DNA of 54,710 bases, taken from positions 1-54,710 of the IMG/VR virus record IMGVR_UViG_3300025117_000080; one strand, 5' to 3'. Source of the stretch: a virus. Taxonomy: Duplodnaviria; Caudoviricetes. Under the pieces are notes generated by a model that saw nothing but the letters and a program-made list of their open reading frames with translations, did not search any database and was not told the DNA's origin. Of the stretch, positions 8,592-17,275 are shown piece after piece (within the stretch, counting starts at the first letter, position 1; each line of letters starts with the position of its first letter). The position numbers and the translations under genes are program-made.

Positions 8592-9506
8592 TTATCTCAC
8601 TTTGCAGACATCGGCCCAATCGGTGCCAGGGGCTTCCGGTATCTGAACGTCAACTATCCTATCGTGGTTTATGTGTAGCTCATGAGCTAACCTAAACGCG
8701 GCTTTCTGGCCGGTGAAGGTAAAGTCATTGTCTCCAAATATAACGATTTTCCTTGCTTCCTCTGGTGGTTTGAACGACTCAAGCCCTGTCGATGAAATGC
8801 AGGCCCATGTTGGAATATCGAAAATCTGAGTGGCGGCAATCGCGGTTTCTATTCCTTCCGCAACCCCCAAAACTTCCTTGTGGGAAAACAATCTTACAGC
8901 GGACCCAGCCATGGTCCCGGTATGCGGCATGAGCTTCTTTGGGCTTTCGATCTCTGCCTTTTTGCCGTCTTGTAGGTAAGTCCTGTGGATAGTAACCGGC
9001 TTGCCATCAGGTCCGGTGACCCTGGCTACCATGGCGTGCATTTTGGTCTTGGTTTCTTTTTCCCAACAGGCCGGGCAAAAGCGTACATCTTTGGGGGTTA
9101 ATGATAGGCCGCGAGAATGAAGGTATTTTGATGCTGGATCGGAGCCGGTAAGAGGTGTTGATGAGGTCCATAGTTCGTTAAGCCACTTCTTGATATTCGC
9201 TTCGCTGTGTTGGTCGCCCTGTGGCATCTTGAACTCTACCGTGCCGACTATCTCGTTGATTCTTTCCAGGGTTTCGGGGAAGGTCAGGCCGAGGGTCTTT
9301 TGAACCAGACTAAAGCCGTCGCCAGCTCCGCAACCGTTGCAATAATACATCCCCGAGCCTTGGTCATCGAACCGGAAACGGTCCTTCCCCCCGCACGATG
9401 GGCAGGGCGCATGCTTTTTTGGGTCTTCTGGAACCGTTATCCCAAGGTTTGACATTATTCCGTACCATTTTCCCTTTGCAGCTTCCTTGACAACCGATGC
9501 TTCCAT
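8592..9506 (-). CDS. Primase-like protein (Zn ribbon + Toprim; P4 alpha N-terminal type)
   Basis: HAPCPSCGGKDRFRF...YYCNGCGAGDG; AEGIETA; GDND. Confidence 0.88.
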   Translation of the reverse strand: MEASVVKEAAKGKWYGIMSNLGITVPEDPKKHAPCPSCGGKDRFRFDDQGSGMYYCNGCGAGDGFSLVQKTLGLTFPETLERINEIVGTVEFKMPQGDQHSEANIKKWLNELWTSSTPLTGSDPASKYLHSRGLSLTPKDVRFCPACWEKETKTKMHAMVARVTGPDGKPVTIHRTYLQDGKKAEIESPKKLMPHTGTMAGSAVRLFSHKEVLGVAEGIETAIAATQIFDIPTWACISSTGLESFKPPEEARKIVIFGDNDFTFTGQKAAFRLAHELHINHDRIVDVQIPEAPGTDWADVCKVR

Positions 9507-9514
9507 GGCTCACC

Positions 9515-11023
9515 TCACCAAGCGGCTACTTGCTGTTGTTTTTCGCGCTTCTCTTTTCCCTTAAAGTACTTGATTCTTTGATATTTAAGCCAGTTTTGAC
9601 ACTCGATAGACGGTGTTACGGGGCCAATTTCATCCATTTTCCTGGGCCACACTCCGAACTTTGATTTGTATTGAGCCAGCAGCCAAGATTCAGTCTTTCC
9701 CAACCTTCGCCGTTCATGTTCGAACATACAGTACCATGCGCGTTTTTCGTCCATCGTGTACTTGGCCTTTTCGCCCTTCAGCTTCACCAAGTCACCCTGA
9801 ACGACTTCGATCTTTTTCCCATAATTATTGATCTCATGGCCGCATTTAGGGCATCTCGGCCCGGTGAAAAGATGCCGGCACATGGGGCAATCGATGATCG
9901 TCTTTTCTTTTGTTCGCGGAGTGTAGGGCTTGTTTGCAAGCGGCTTTCCGCTCAAGCTCCAATCAATCTCGTCCTCGTAATAACCAAGGCGCTTAACATT
10001 CCCGCCGTGGTCTAAAACCATGAAATCCTTTTTTCCTGGGTATGGCCTAGCCCCTCTACCCAAAATCTGCCTGTGCAGCCCGAGGCTTCGCGTGGGGCGG
10101 GCGATCACAAGGCACTGTATGGAGGGTATATCCGTGCCTTCAGTGAAAAGTGCCACCTGACAAATTACCTGCGTGTCGCCATTGTCGAACCGTCTTAAAA
10201 CGCCGCTTCTTTCTTCGTCGTCGCTATGGGCATCCAGATATTCGGCGTTGATCTTGTGCGATAGGAACTCGTTGCAGAGGGCCTTGCCATGTTTGCGGTT
10301 GATGGAAAAGACCATAGTCCGTTTGTCGCCGGCCAGCTTCAGCCAGTTGTCAACTACATCTCCGACAATCCGAGGCTTATTGAACTTTTCGTCAAGTCCC
10401 TTTTTCTCATAGTCACCTTGAACGATTTTCAACCCTGAAAGGTCTGGATCGGAGGGGCCATAGTAATCTCCCGGTACCAGGAAGCCCCCGTCAAGCAGTT
10501 CATCCATGGTCACGACGTTGACAAGACTGTCGAAATAATCACCCAGGCCAGCGCCGGTCGAAAGGGTAGGGGTCGCGGTAAAGCCGATCACAAAGGATTT
10601 TTCGTAATTCTTGAGGATTTTCTTATATGTGTTGTTTAAGGCATGGTGGGCTTCGTCAATTAGGACAAAGGGTGTATCAACCCAAAAGCGATTGAAATCC
10701 TTTTCGGCAAGATTCAACCGACGAACATACGTCCAGAGGGAAGCAACTTGGCATTGACAGTCAAGATTCGTTTCTTTGCCTGCCATAATACACCCGGTTT
10801 CGATTCCGCATGAGGCGAAGCGCTCCATCATCTGTTCAACCAATCCGCGACGGTGCATTAGAGCCAAGGTTCGGTTGCCTTTACTCATGGCCCCCATGGT
10901 AAGCTCTGACATTGTGTGGGTCTTTCCGGCTCCCGTGGGCATCACAACAAGGATGCGCCTTTTCCCCTTGATTGCCTCTTGCCTTACTGCCTCTGCGGTG
11001 CGGGTCTGGTATTCTCTTAGCAT
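9515..11023 (-). CDS. SF2 DEAH helicase (RadD/YejH-like) with C-terminal Zn finger
   Basis: LREYQ, PTGAGKT, DEAHH, TATP, EGTDIP, QILGRGAR, CPMC..CPKC. Confidence 0.92.
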   Translation of the reverse strand: MLREYQTRTAEAVRQEAIKGKRRILVVMPTGAGKTHTMSELTMGAMSKGNRTLALMHRRGLVEQMMERFASCGIETGCIMAGKETNLDCQCQVASLWTYVRRLNLAEKDFNRFWVDTPFVLIDEAHHALNNTYKKILKNYEKSFVIGFTATPTLSTGAGLGDYFDSLVNVVTMDELLDGGFLVPGDYYGPSDPDLSGLKIVQGDYEKKGLDEKFNKPRIVGDVVDNWLKLAGDKRTMVFSINRKHGKALCNEFLSHKINAEYLDAHSDDEERSGVLRRFDNGDTQVICQVALFTEGTDIPSIQCLVIARPTRSLGLHRQILGRGARPYPGKKDFMVLDHGGNVKRLGYYEDEIDWSLSGKPLANKPYTPRTKEKTIIDCPMCRHLFTGPRCPKCGHEINNYGKKIEVVQGDLVKLKGEKAKYTMDEKRAWYCMFEHERRRLGKTESWLLAQYKSKFGVWPRKMDEIGPVTPSIECQNWLKYQRIKYFKGKEKREKQQQVAAW

Positions 11024-11112
11024 CGTTTTCCCCCTACTCCCCACTAATCAAGTAACTAAATATCCCCCTGGTAAGAGAAAGAGATAGAAAGACAGAATAC
11101 AGATAGAAACCG

Positions 11113-11142
11113 TCCCGAGTCACTCCCGAGTCACTCCCGAGT
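11113..11142. repeat. Three 11-bp-period iteron-like repeats (candidate origin)
   Basis: TCCCGAGT at 11113, 11124 and 11135, next to a purine/pyrimidine-skewed tract (11073-11110). Confidence 0.55.
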
Positions 11143-11484
11143 ATCTGCATTTTTTGTAGATGCCCTTTGTGTCCATTCATCCCTATATTTCACCATGTTA
11201 GGAATGTTGATCGTCAAATCGTCGCCGCCATTTTCAAGTATAATAAGTTTTTTTTCTTCCAAAATTCCGGCGAATTTCCTGAACTTTTTGGCAGAAATTC
11301 CGGCAAATTTTCCCCAAGTTTTGTCAGAATAACGGCAAAAAGTCTTAGGGCTTGAGTCCATTTGCTTCCCGATTATTTCCAAAAGTCGCCACCAAAAACC
11401 GTAAATTTCAAGGCCGTGGTCTGCCGTTATTGCGGCGATTCGTTCGTCTTCCCATGAGCATGTCAGATGCTTAAGCCAGCGCAT
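11131..11484 (-). CDS. Replication initiator-like N-terminal domain (DUF4373/Lin1244 type)
   Basis: W(L/F)KH...DERI...GLEIYGFWWRLLEII winged-helix pattern; upstream of helicase and primase. Confidence 0.65.
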   Translation of the reverse strand: MRWLKHLTCSWEDERIAAITADHGLEIYGFWWRLLEIIGKQMDSSPKTFCRYSDKTWGKFAGISAKKFRKFAGILEEKKLIILENGGDDLTINIPNMVKYRDEWTQRASTKNADTRE

Positions 11485-11767
11485 TAAGATCCCCGTTTGT
11501 TATTTTTACGCCTTTCATAGTGTTGCATTTAGTGCATAGGCATCTCAAATTCTCCTTTACGTTTGTTCCACCTGCGCACCTCGGGTAAATATGATCGATG
11601 CTTAAATAAACTCCATCAATATCGGTGTGATGGGTGTATGTAACCGATCCAGAAGGGCCTTTATTCCTGACGGCATGTCCTATAACTCCGCAGATTTGGC
11701 ACGTGTATTTGTCACGCTCGAATATCGACCTGCGATATTTTCCATAAACTCCATTGTTAGACGACAT
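11471..11767 (-). CDS. HNH endonuclease
   Basis: RDKYTCQICG...LSIDHIYPRCAGGTNVKENLRCLCTKCN. Confidence 0.9.
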   Translation of the reverse strand: MSSNNGVYGKYRRSIFERDKYTCQICGVIGHAVRNKGPSGSVTYTHHTDIDGVYLSIDHIYPRCAGGTNVKENLRCLCTKCNTMKGVKITNGDLNALA

Positions 11768-11941
11768 TGTTTGCCCTCAAAAACACAAAAAGCCACACAA
11801 GCCGGTGGCTGCTGACCATGGAGTATGGTAGGCGGGACTTTCACCCGTACCCCGGCTTGTGTAGCGTTTTCTATCTTCGATTAGCATTTGAGCACTCCAT
11901 GTCAGCGTTTCAAACATGTCACGCAATGAACTTAAAGTCAA
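11768..11941 (-). ncRNA. Structured leader RNA 1 with promoter and terminator (c4/P4-CI-like architecture)
   Basis: TTGACT promoter; 5' box GCTGACATGGAGT complementary to a box in the loop of a 14-bp terminator stem; U-tract; RBS. Confidence 0.6.
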
Positions 11942-11956
11942 TAGTTTGCCGCAAGA

Positions 11957-12115
11957 TTAAACCCTCCCCGTAATCTCCAACGCCCGCCGCTTCAAAGCCC
12001 CCTGGACCTCCTCGTAAGCCTCGCGGTACTTTTCATCGTCGCGGTACTTGCGGAGCCTGCGGGCCTGCTTGCTTAGGTTTTGGAGGCGTTTTTTGGTTTC
12101 GGTATCAATCATCAT
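11957..12115 (-). CDS. Small basic hypothetical protein
   Basis: MMIDTETKKRLQNLSKQARR...; start overlaps end of upstream gene. Confidence 0.55.
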   Translation of the reverse strand: MMIDTETKKRLQNLSKQARRLRKYRDDEKYREAYEEVQGALKRRALEITGRV

Positions 12116-12368
12116 CGAAGCACCCGTTTCCTTTTTCCCAACAAAGACAGTTTTCGATTCTTTTGGTAAAAGGCACGCAAACATGGCGCAAGCATCGCCA
12201 TTCATTATTGTCTGGGCTAAGCCGCCTAACCAAGTTGTTGCACGTTCCACAAGACTTGCGCTCAGGATTCAACCAGCATTTCTTTTCGTGGTTACGAGCG
12301 CCGCTTCTGGAAAGAAAAAACCGTGGCCTTTTGCAATGTTCGCACTTATAGGCTGTTACTTTTTGCAT
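12105..12368 (-). CDS. Zinc-finger hypothetical phage protein
   Basis: AYKCEHC...HEKKCWLNP...SCGTC. Confidence 0.65.
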   Translation of the reverse strand: MQKVTAYKCEHCKRPRFFLSRSGARNHEKKCWLNPERKSCGTCNNLVRRLSPDNNEWRCLRHVCVPFTKRIENCLCWEKGNGCFDDD

Positions 12369-12430
12369 GGCGAGACCCTCTCGCGTTGTCCAGATGGCGC
12401 TTTTTGGTTTCTGGGTCCATGGGTTGCTCC

Positions 12431-12817
12431 CTAAAAAGTGCACATTGGTCTGTATGGTCCACAATGCGGCAGCACCTTAGCTAGTCCATCTTTAACCGCA
12501 TGTTGAAGCAAGATTAGCTTGGCGTGGGATGCGCACATATTCACGCCGTCAACCAATACCGTAGCCCTAAGTTTGCATCGCCAACCTTCAGCCTCTCGAA
12601 GTAGTTTTTCACGCTTCAGGTAGTGAGTATTTTTGCACGTGCACTCACAGCGGGCCGCGTTCGGCTTTTCTGATTTTGTTTTAGTGCTGACATAAAGGCT
12701 TGCGTGAAGGTGGCAATACTTGCGGCCGTCGATCTCTATCCTGGCTGTATTTTCGCATCTCGGGCGGTCAACCCAACCAAGGCTTGCTTCGCATCTGTGT
12801 GCGTTTTGCCAGTCCAT
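12431..12817 (-). CDS. Protein with two C3H-type zinc-finger repeats
   Basis: 2x RCE...RC...A....DG...C..HA. Confidence 0.7.
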   Translation of the reverse strand: MDWQNAHRCEASLGWVDRPRCENTARIEIDGRKYCHLHASLYVSTKTKSEKPNAARCECTCKNTHYLKREKLLREAEGWRCKLRATVLVDGVNMCASHAKLILLQHAVKDGLAKVLPHCGPYRPMCTF

Positions 12818-12995
12818 TGCTTAGCCCTCAAAAACTAAAAACTCCCTTGAAATGGACTTTGACCGGGGGATAAGTCCCGCCGCTGCGTTACCACAGCCGG
12901 AGTCCATTTCAAGAGAGTCTTTAATCTTCGAGAGCATTACAGACACCTTATCCTTTGTCAGTTTTTACTTTTCCCCAAAATGAACCATTTGTCAA
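12818..12995 (-). ncRNA. Structured leader RNA 2 with promoter and terminator (paralog of leader 1)
   Basis: TTGACA promoter; shared TCGAAGAT and TTTTTGAGGGC; 18-bp stem whose loop is complementary to the 5' box. Confidence 0.6.
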
Positions 12996-13010
12996 GCACT
13001 GAACTTTAAA

Positions 13011-13226
13011 TTAAGAGCCCGGGCAAAAATTTTTCACGGCCCTGTCGCAGTGATCGGCCCGCACAGTTTCAGACTCCAGCGGGTGATCGGCGGCCAGGCG
13101 CTCGGGGATCTTGCGAGCACAGGAAACAGAATCAGGAGCGGTGCATTCCAGGTTTTGCGTGAGGAACAGGTAATGGCAGGTGTACGGGGTGCGCGAACCG
13201 CAGAACACTCTCCTGTAGTATGGCAT
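13011..13226 (-). CDS. Cys-rich hypothetical protein
   Basis: RBS AAAGGAG before MPYYRR. Confidence 0.5.
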   Translation of the reverse strand: MPYYRRVFCGSRTPYTCHYLFLTQNLECTAPDSVSCARKIPERLAADHPLESETVRADHCDRAVKNFCPGS

Positions 13227-13290
13227 GGCCGCTCCTTTCGATTGATTATCAGTCATTTGGCTGCGTTATTATCAAGTGCTGCTTGAACTT

Positions 13291-13752
13291 CTACCCGAAC
13301 GCTAAAACCTTATCCACCAGGTCGTTGACTTCCTCGGCGCTCATCTTGTCCAGCACGTTGACCCGCTTCAGAATCACGTTCAGCACGGCGTTGTAGAGCT
13401 TTTCGAACTCGGTGTCGTCCATACTCGAAAAGCTGATTGATTTTGCTTCCGGCCTTGCGGTTCCGTCCATACGGATAACGATTTCATAATACCCGGCAAG
13501 TATGATCAAGTCCTTGCGGAAGCGGTCGAAGTTTTTCTCAGGGACACCGTACTTGCTGTCGATCGCTCCGGGCTCCCAATAATCGAAAGCCAGATTCAAC
13601 AAGGCGAACAGCTTTCTATGGAAACGAGGGTTCCGCATCTTCTTGAAATCGCCGTGCAAGACTTCACCGATCTTCAGCTTTGAATGAAGGGCTGCCGTTT
13701 CAGTATCAGCGGGGGCAAAGCCGTTTGGTAGTTTGGCAATCGATACGTTCAT
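13291..13752 (-). CDS. DUF1367 family protein
   Basis: RNPRFHRKLFALL...FDRFRKDLIILAGY...AKSISFSSMDDTEFEKLY. Confidence 0.85.
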   Translation of the reverse strand: MNVSIAKLPNGFAPADTETAALHSKLKIGEVLHGDFKKMRNPRFHRKLFALLNLAFDYWEPGAIDSKYGVPEKNFDRFRKDLIILAGYYEIVIRMDGTARPEAKSISFSSMDDTEFEKLYNAVLNVILKRVNVLDKMSAEEVNDLVDKVLAFG

Positions 13753-13918
13753 CTCTTAATCCTCTTGCGACGGTCAAGACGCGCTCCCAGCACCGTGGCC
13801 CCATATGCCGTGTTACGCTCTGGTGATCTTTCAGGGGCCGGCCGCATAGGGCGCATGTGACCGGCTTGTTGGGGCTTTCGTGGAAGATTGGGAGTTGGTT
13901 CATGGGGTTGCTTTCCAT
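13706..13918 (-). CDS. DUF6011-like zinc finger protein
   Basis: CALCGRPLKDHQSVTRHMGPRC. Confidence 0.7.
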   Translation of the reverse strand: MESNPMNQLPIFHESPNKPVTCALCGRPLKDHQSVTRHMGPRCWERVLTVARGLRDERIDCQTTKRLCPR

Positions 13919-13922
13919 GTCG

Positions 13923-14132
13923 TTACGAGCCGTCTTTGAGGTAATTAAAAATGTCTCTGAGCAGCGGATTTAATTGCGGCCATTCAGCCACACTACCAGA
14001 AAGACAACACTGCGCGTATGGTTCAAGCCGTTTAATCAACTCATCTTTTTTGAGTTTAGCGCTTTCTCTTTGGCGAGCGTCCCTGATTGATGCCTCTGCC
14101 GGCGTTTCGTGCATTTCATCTCTAAATCCCAT
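13923..14132 (-). CDS. Hypothetical protein
   Basis: RBS GGAGAAAGGA; fits operon. Confidence 0.55.
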   Translation of the reverse strand: MGFRDEMHETPAEASIRDARQRESAKLKKDELIKRLEPYAQCCLSGSVAEWPQLNPLLRDIFNYLKDGS

Positions 14133-14159
14133 GATCCTTTCTCCCCTATCGTTAAGTGT

Positions 14160-14615
14160 TTAAATCTCCAAAGCCTCGAAAACCACCGCCGCTCTATACC
14201 CATCCGGCGCTGAATACTCGCAAGCCGGGTCGAAGCACACTAAGAGGTTTTCAGTTTCATGCAGCAATGTTTCAAAGGCCGCTTGCTTCCGTCCTTGCTT
14301 CATAAATGATAGCTGATCCACTATCAGGCAAATGAGCATCGAAAGCGGTTCCTCTGCCGTAAACTCTCCACCAGGAAAGCACCGATCATGGAACAGGTCG
14401 ATAGCCCGCTTGATACGCTCAATGTCCCTTTGGGATAGTCTGCCATTAGGTTCAGCCCTGAGCAGCCCTACGGCCTCGTCGCAAGCATTGATCGCGTCGG
14501 TTCGCAGGGCTTGGAACATTTCGCTTTCGCCTGCTCCCTGATCGGCCATCATGTTCAAAAATCCTTCGAGCAGGGCGCATATCGTGCTTTGGCGTCTTAT
14601 CGCTTGGCTGGCCAT
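14160..14615 (-). CDS. Hypothetical helical protein
   Basis: TAATG overlap with upstream gene. Confidence 0.65.
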   Translation of the reverse strand: MASQAIRRQSTICALLEGFLNMMADQGAGESEMFQALRTDAINACDEAVGLLRAEPNGRLSQRDIERIKRAIDLFHDRCFPGGEFTAEEPLSMLICLIVDQLSFMKQGRKQAAFETLLHETENLLVCFDPACEYSAPDGYRAAVVFEALEI

Positions 14616-14965
14616 TACCGCCCTACCTCGGGTTGATCGATCCTCCGTGCCACACGGTCCTTCAGCATACCCTCAAGGAGAATGAGGTAATTGATATTGT
14701 CGCCAACCTTTTCATAGATCAGCTCGTCCGTGAGCATTTCCGGGCAGTTCTCGGCCCAATCTATCAAGTCGGCCACAGATACCTCGTGTTTCAGCATCAT
14801 GCCCTTGAGCGCCCGCTCCGGTGTCGTGTCGGCTATCCTGGCAGCGACGTGGAAGTTATGGAAACGGTCGTCACCCGTTGCGTACTCCTCGGCCTTCTTG
14901 GTGAGGATTCTTTTGATTTCGTGGCACCGATTGTTCACCACATTGTTGAATTGCTCCGCGTTCAT
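14615..14965 (-). CDS. DUF1599/Nmad1-like all-alpha nucleotide-modification-associated protein
   Basis: LTKKAEEYATGDDRFHNF...GMMLKH...EKVGDNINYLILL. Confidence 0.65.
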   Translation of the reverse strand: MNAEQFNNVVNNRCHEIKRILTKKAEEYATGDDRFHNFHVAARIADTTPERALKGMMLKHEVSVADLIDWAENCPEMLTDELIYEKVGDNINYLILLEGMLKDRVARRIDQPEVGR

Positions 14966-15092
14966 TTTTCATCCTTTCGTTGTATTGGGTTGCGATCCTC
15001 TTTTCACACTCAGGGCAAAGCCACTGCTCGGTTTCTCTTATTTCCTGATAAGATGCGCGGCACCGTAGGCACCAGATCCAGCGGTTGGTCAT
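14871..15092 (-). CDS. Small Zn-ribbon protein
   Basis: CLRC...CPEC; ATGA overlap with DUF968-like gene. Confidence 0.45.
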   Translation of the reverse strand: MTNRWIWCLRCRASYQEIRETEQWLCPECEKRIATQYNERMKNERGAIQQCGEQSVPRNQKNPHQEGRGVRNG

Positions 15093-15373
15093 CTCAGCTT
15101 CAGAACTCCTTCCTCGACAGCGCGTCCAAGCGTCCTTGCGATCCACTCCCATTGATGCTCACCAGATCTGTTTCGGTGAAGCTCCATATGACAATCATGG
15201 CAAAGCGGCATCGTCGCCCAGGAGGGGGCCTTCAATCCTACACCACTTAGATTACCGACACCCTTGGCGTGGTGAACCGTAGACGGCCGGCCGCACTTGA
15301 TACAGGGCTGGTCGCGTACCCATGCTTCGTATCGCTGGCAGTTCCATCTAAGCGTCTTTGGATGTGGACTCAT
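15089..15373 (-). CDS. DUF968/HNH-like zinc protein
   Basis: WVRDQPCIKCG...HH...KAPSWATMPLCHDCH. Confidence 0.8.
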   Translation of the reverse strand: MSPHPKTLRWNCQRYEAWVRDQPCIKCGRPSTVHHAKGVGNLSGVGLKAPSWATMPLCHDCHMELHRNRSGEHQWEWIARTLGRAVEEGVLKLR

Positions 15374-15606
15374 GGTTTAAACACCTTCCCGCAATGCGGG
15401 CACTTCACCCGGTCCTCATCGTCCGTGCTGGCGGTCTCGAAGTGACAACCGGTCCTCTCCCTTTCCTGATACTCTTCGTCGGCAGCGAGGCAGATTGAAC
15501 GCTCTCCTTTGTCCTCGTCGTCGATGTTCTCAGCCAACCACTTGAGATAGGAAGAGGGTAGGGTGTCGATCTCTTGGTTTTTGAATTTTCCGAATGAGAC
15601 TTGCAT
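15370..15606 (-). CDS. DUF3820/ExoX C-terminal-like small protein
   Basis: FGKFKNQEIDTLPSSYLKWL; C-terminal CPHCG. Confidence 0.7.
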   Translation of the reverse strand: MQVSFGKFKNQEIDTLPSSYLKWLAENIDDEDKGERSICLAADEEYQERERTGCHFETASTDDEDRVKCPHCGKVFKP

Positions 15607-15617
15607 GGGTGCTCCTT

Positions 15618-15974
15618 TTATCCAACCATGAATTGCGGTGGCAGTTCATACTCCTGGCCCTGCTTAAGCCACATGTGGAGGCATGTTTTGCAGCGGTCAA
15701 CATACTGGCTTTCTTTCGGGTGGTACTGGATCACGGTTTCCTCGGGATCGAAGAACAGGCGCTTGATGAAATTCATCTCGTCCCAATTCGGACAACGGTT
15801 CTTCAGGGACACGCTCACATGGTCCCAACCTTCTTGATCGGAGATGATGACCATCAGTTCGTTTGTGGTGTAGGGGATCACGAAGGCACCGTTCATGCCG
15901 AAGGATTTGTCGGATCGCATCGGGCCGGTGGTGATGCGGAACTTTTCTATGTTGGGGGGGACCTGGGACTTCAT
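15618..15974 (-). CDS. Conserved phage protein (WDHVSVS family)
   Basis: GWDHVSVSLKNRCPNWDEMNFIKRLFF...QYHP...CLHMW. Confidence 0.8.
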   Translation of the reverse strand: MKSQVPPNIEKFRITTGPMRSDKSFGMNGAFVIPYTTNELMVIISDQEGWDHVSVSLKNRCPNWDEMNFIKRLFFDPEETVIQYHPKESQYVDRCKTCLHMWLKQGQEYELPPQFMVG

Positions 15975-16008
15975 GATGTGGGGTGCTCCTTTCTGGTCAT
16001 TGCGTGGC

Positions 16009-16644
16009 CTAAGCCACTTTCAAAATAAACCTAAATTTTGATACACGCGGTACACGGCAAACAACAGCGTCTTGTGGCATATTTCCGCGCCTGCCATACT
16101 TTTTTCCTGATCTTTTGTCGTAGTAATCGCACCTGGGGCTCTTCCTTTCGTCGTCTGTCATCCCGTCTTGCTTCCAGTTCGCGGCCTTGTAAATTGTTCC
16201 CCGGTGGCCTACCGATGGGTCAGCGTAACTTAGGAGCAAACCAACATCTTTATGGTTCCGCTTTATGTATTTTACGCTCTGGCCGATAAGCCATGTTTCT
16301 GCGTTTCTCGGTATTTCATCGAGCAGGTAAACCCTTGCAAGCTCCCACACGTTACAACCATACCGCTTATTGGCTTCCTTTGGCGGCGCTGAGTAAATAA
16401 CGCATCCTATCGGGACTCCGTTCCGTTCGGCAACCAGGCACAGCAGAACGATTGCCGGGCGCTTAGAAAGGTAATGGGCTTTAACGAAGCTATCCACTTC
16501 CGCCACAGAGCACCTTCTAACAGAGCAGGACTTTCTCCATAATGAGTCGAAAAGTTCTGGTCTCGAAGATGGGCAACATCCCATAGAACACTCCGCGCTT
16601 TTGTTTCCGCGTTCTCTGCGATGCACACTTTCGAAATAACTCAT
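16009..16644 (-). CDS. mom: Mom-like GNAT-fold adenine-modifying enzyme
   Basis: HYL...WELARVYLLDEIPRNAETWLI...SYADPSVGHRGTIYKAANW. Confidence 0.82.
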   Translation of the reverse strand: MSYFESVHRRERGNKSAECSMGCCPSSRPELFDSLWRKSCSVRRCSVAEVDSFVKAHYLSKRPAIVLLCLVAERNGVPIGCVIYSAPPKEANKRYGCNVWELARVYLLDEIPRNAETWLIGQSVKYIKRNHKDVGLLLSYADPSVGHRGTIYKAANWKQDGMTDDERKSPRCDYYDKRSGKKYGRRGNMPQDAVVCRVPRVSKFRFILKVA

Positions 16645-16654
16645 CAAATCACCC

Positions 16655-16858
16655 TTACTTTGTGTCTGTGTTTTGTCTGCTTTCGCAAAAACCACATCTC
16701 ATCGTTATCGGGATTCTGCGACGGAGCCCGCCCAAATATACAATATGCCCGCAATTCAACTGCAACTCATAGCCATAACCTGCGGAGCCGTCTACCCTCC
16801 ACCAGGAGACTACCCGCTTGCGGTTTTTGGCCTTTATTTCAAGCTTAATATTTTTCAA
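16655..16858 (-). CDS. Hypothetical Zn-binding protein
   Basis: LNCGH...RCGFC. Confidence 0.5.
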   Translation of the reverse strand: MKNIKLEIKAKNRKRVVSWWRVDGSAGYGYELQLNCGHIVYLGGLRRRIPITMRCGFCESRQNTDTK

Positions 16859-16931
16859 GGCTCGTAATCCCTATCATCTCCAACCCCAGGAAGGCGCGGG
16901 GCCGAACAGCACCCCGCGCTTGGGGTGGGGT

Positions 16932-17138
16932 TTAAGCGGCCTGGGAATTGGCCGCGGGGTTGGTTTTCAGCGCCCTGATCTGCTCGGCAAGTTCGATAAA
17001 ATGATCGGCGCCGTAGGCTATCGAATGGCCGCAAGACATGCGGTGGTTGTTTTCCGCTTCGTACCCCGCACGGATGGTTAGCAGGGCTTCGAGTTCGATG
17101 CGCTCATCGAGGTCGCTGTCTTGTTTTGCGGTGGTCAT
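16932..17138 (-). CDS. Hypothetical protein
   Basis: RBS AAGGAGG; GYEAENNHR...SIAYG motif. Confidence 0.65.
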   Translation of the reverse strand: MTTAKQDSDLDERIELEALLTIRAGYEAENNHRMSCGHSIAYGADHFIELAEQIRALKTNPAANSQAA

Positions 17139-17275
17139 TGATGATCCTCCTTGCTCTCCATATACCTATTGACTACTTCGTCACGATACATATCGCCCAA
17201 TTTGGCGGCCGATAGGATCGCGCACAGGCCGAAGCCGAGGATGAATCCTATGGTTATGCAGCCTAAGTAAATCAT
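17135..17275 (-). CDS. Small single-TM protein, 46 aa
   Basis: Not in ORF track; MIYLGCITIGFILGFGLCAILSAAK; ATGA overlaps on both sides. Confidence 0.6.
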   Translation of the reverse strand: MIYLGCITIGFILGFGLCAILSAAKLGDMYRDEVVNRYMESKEDHQ

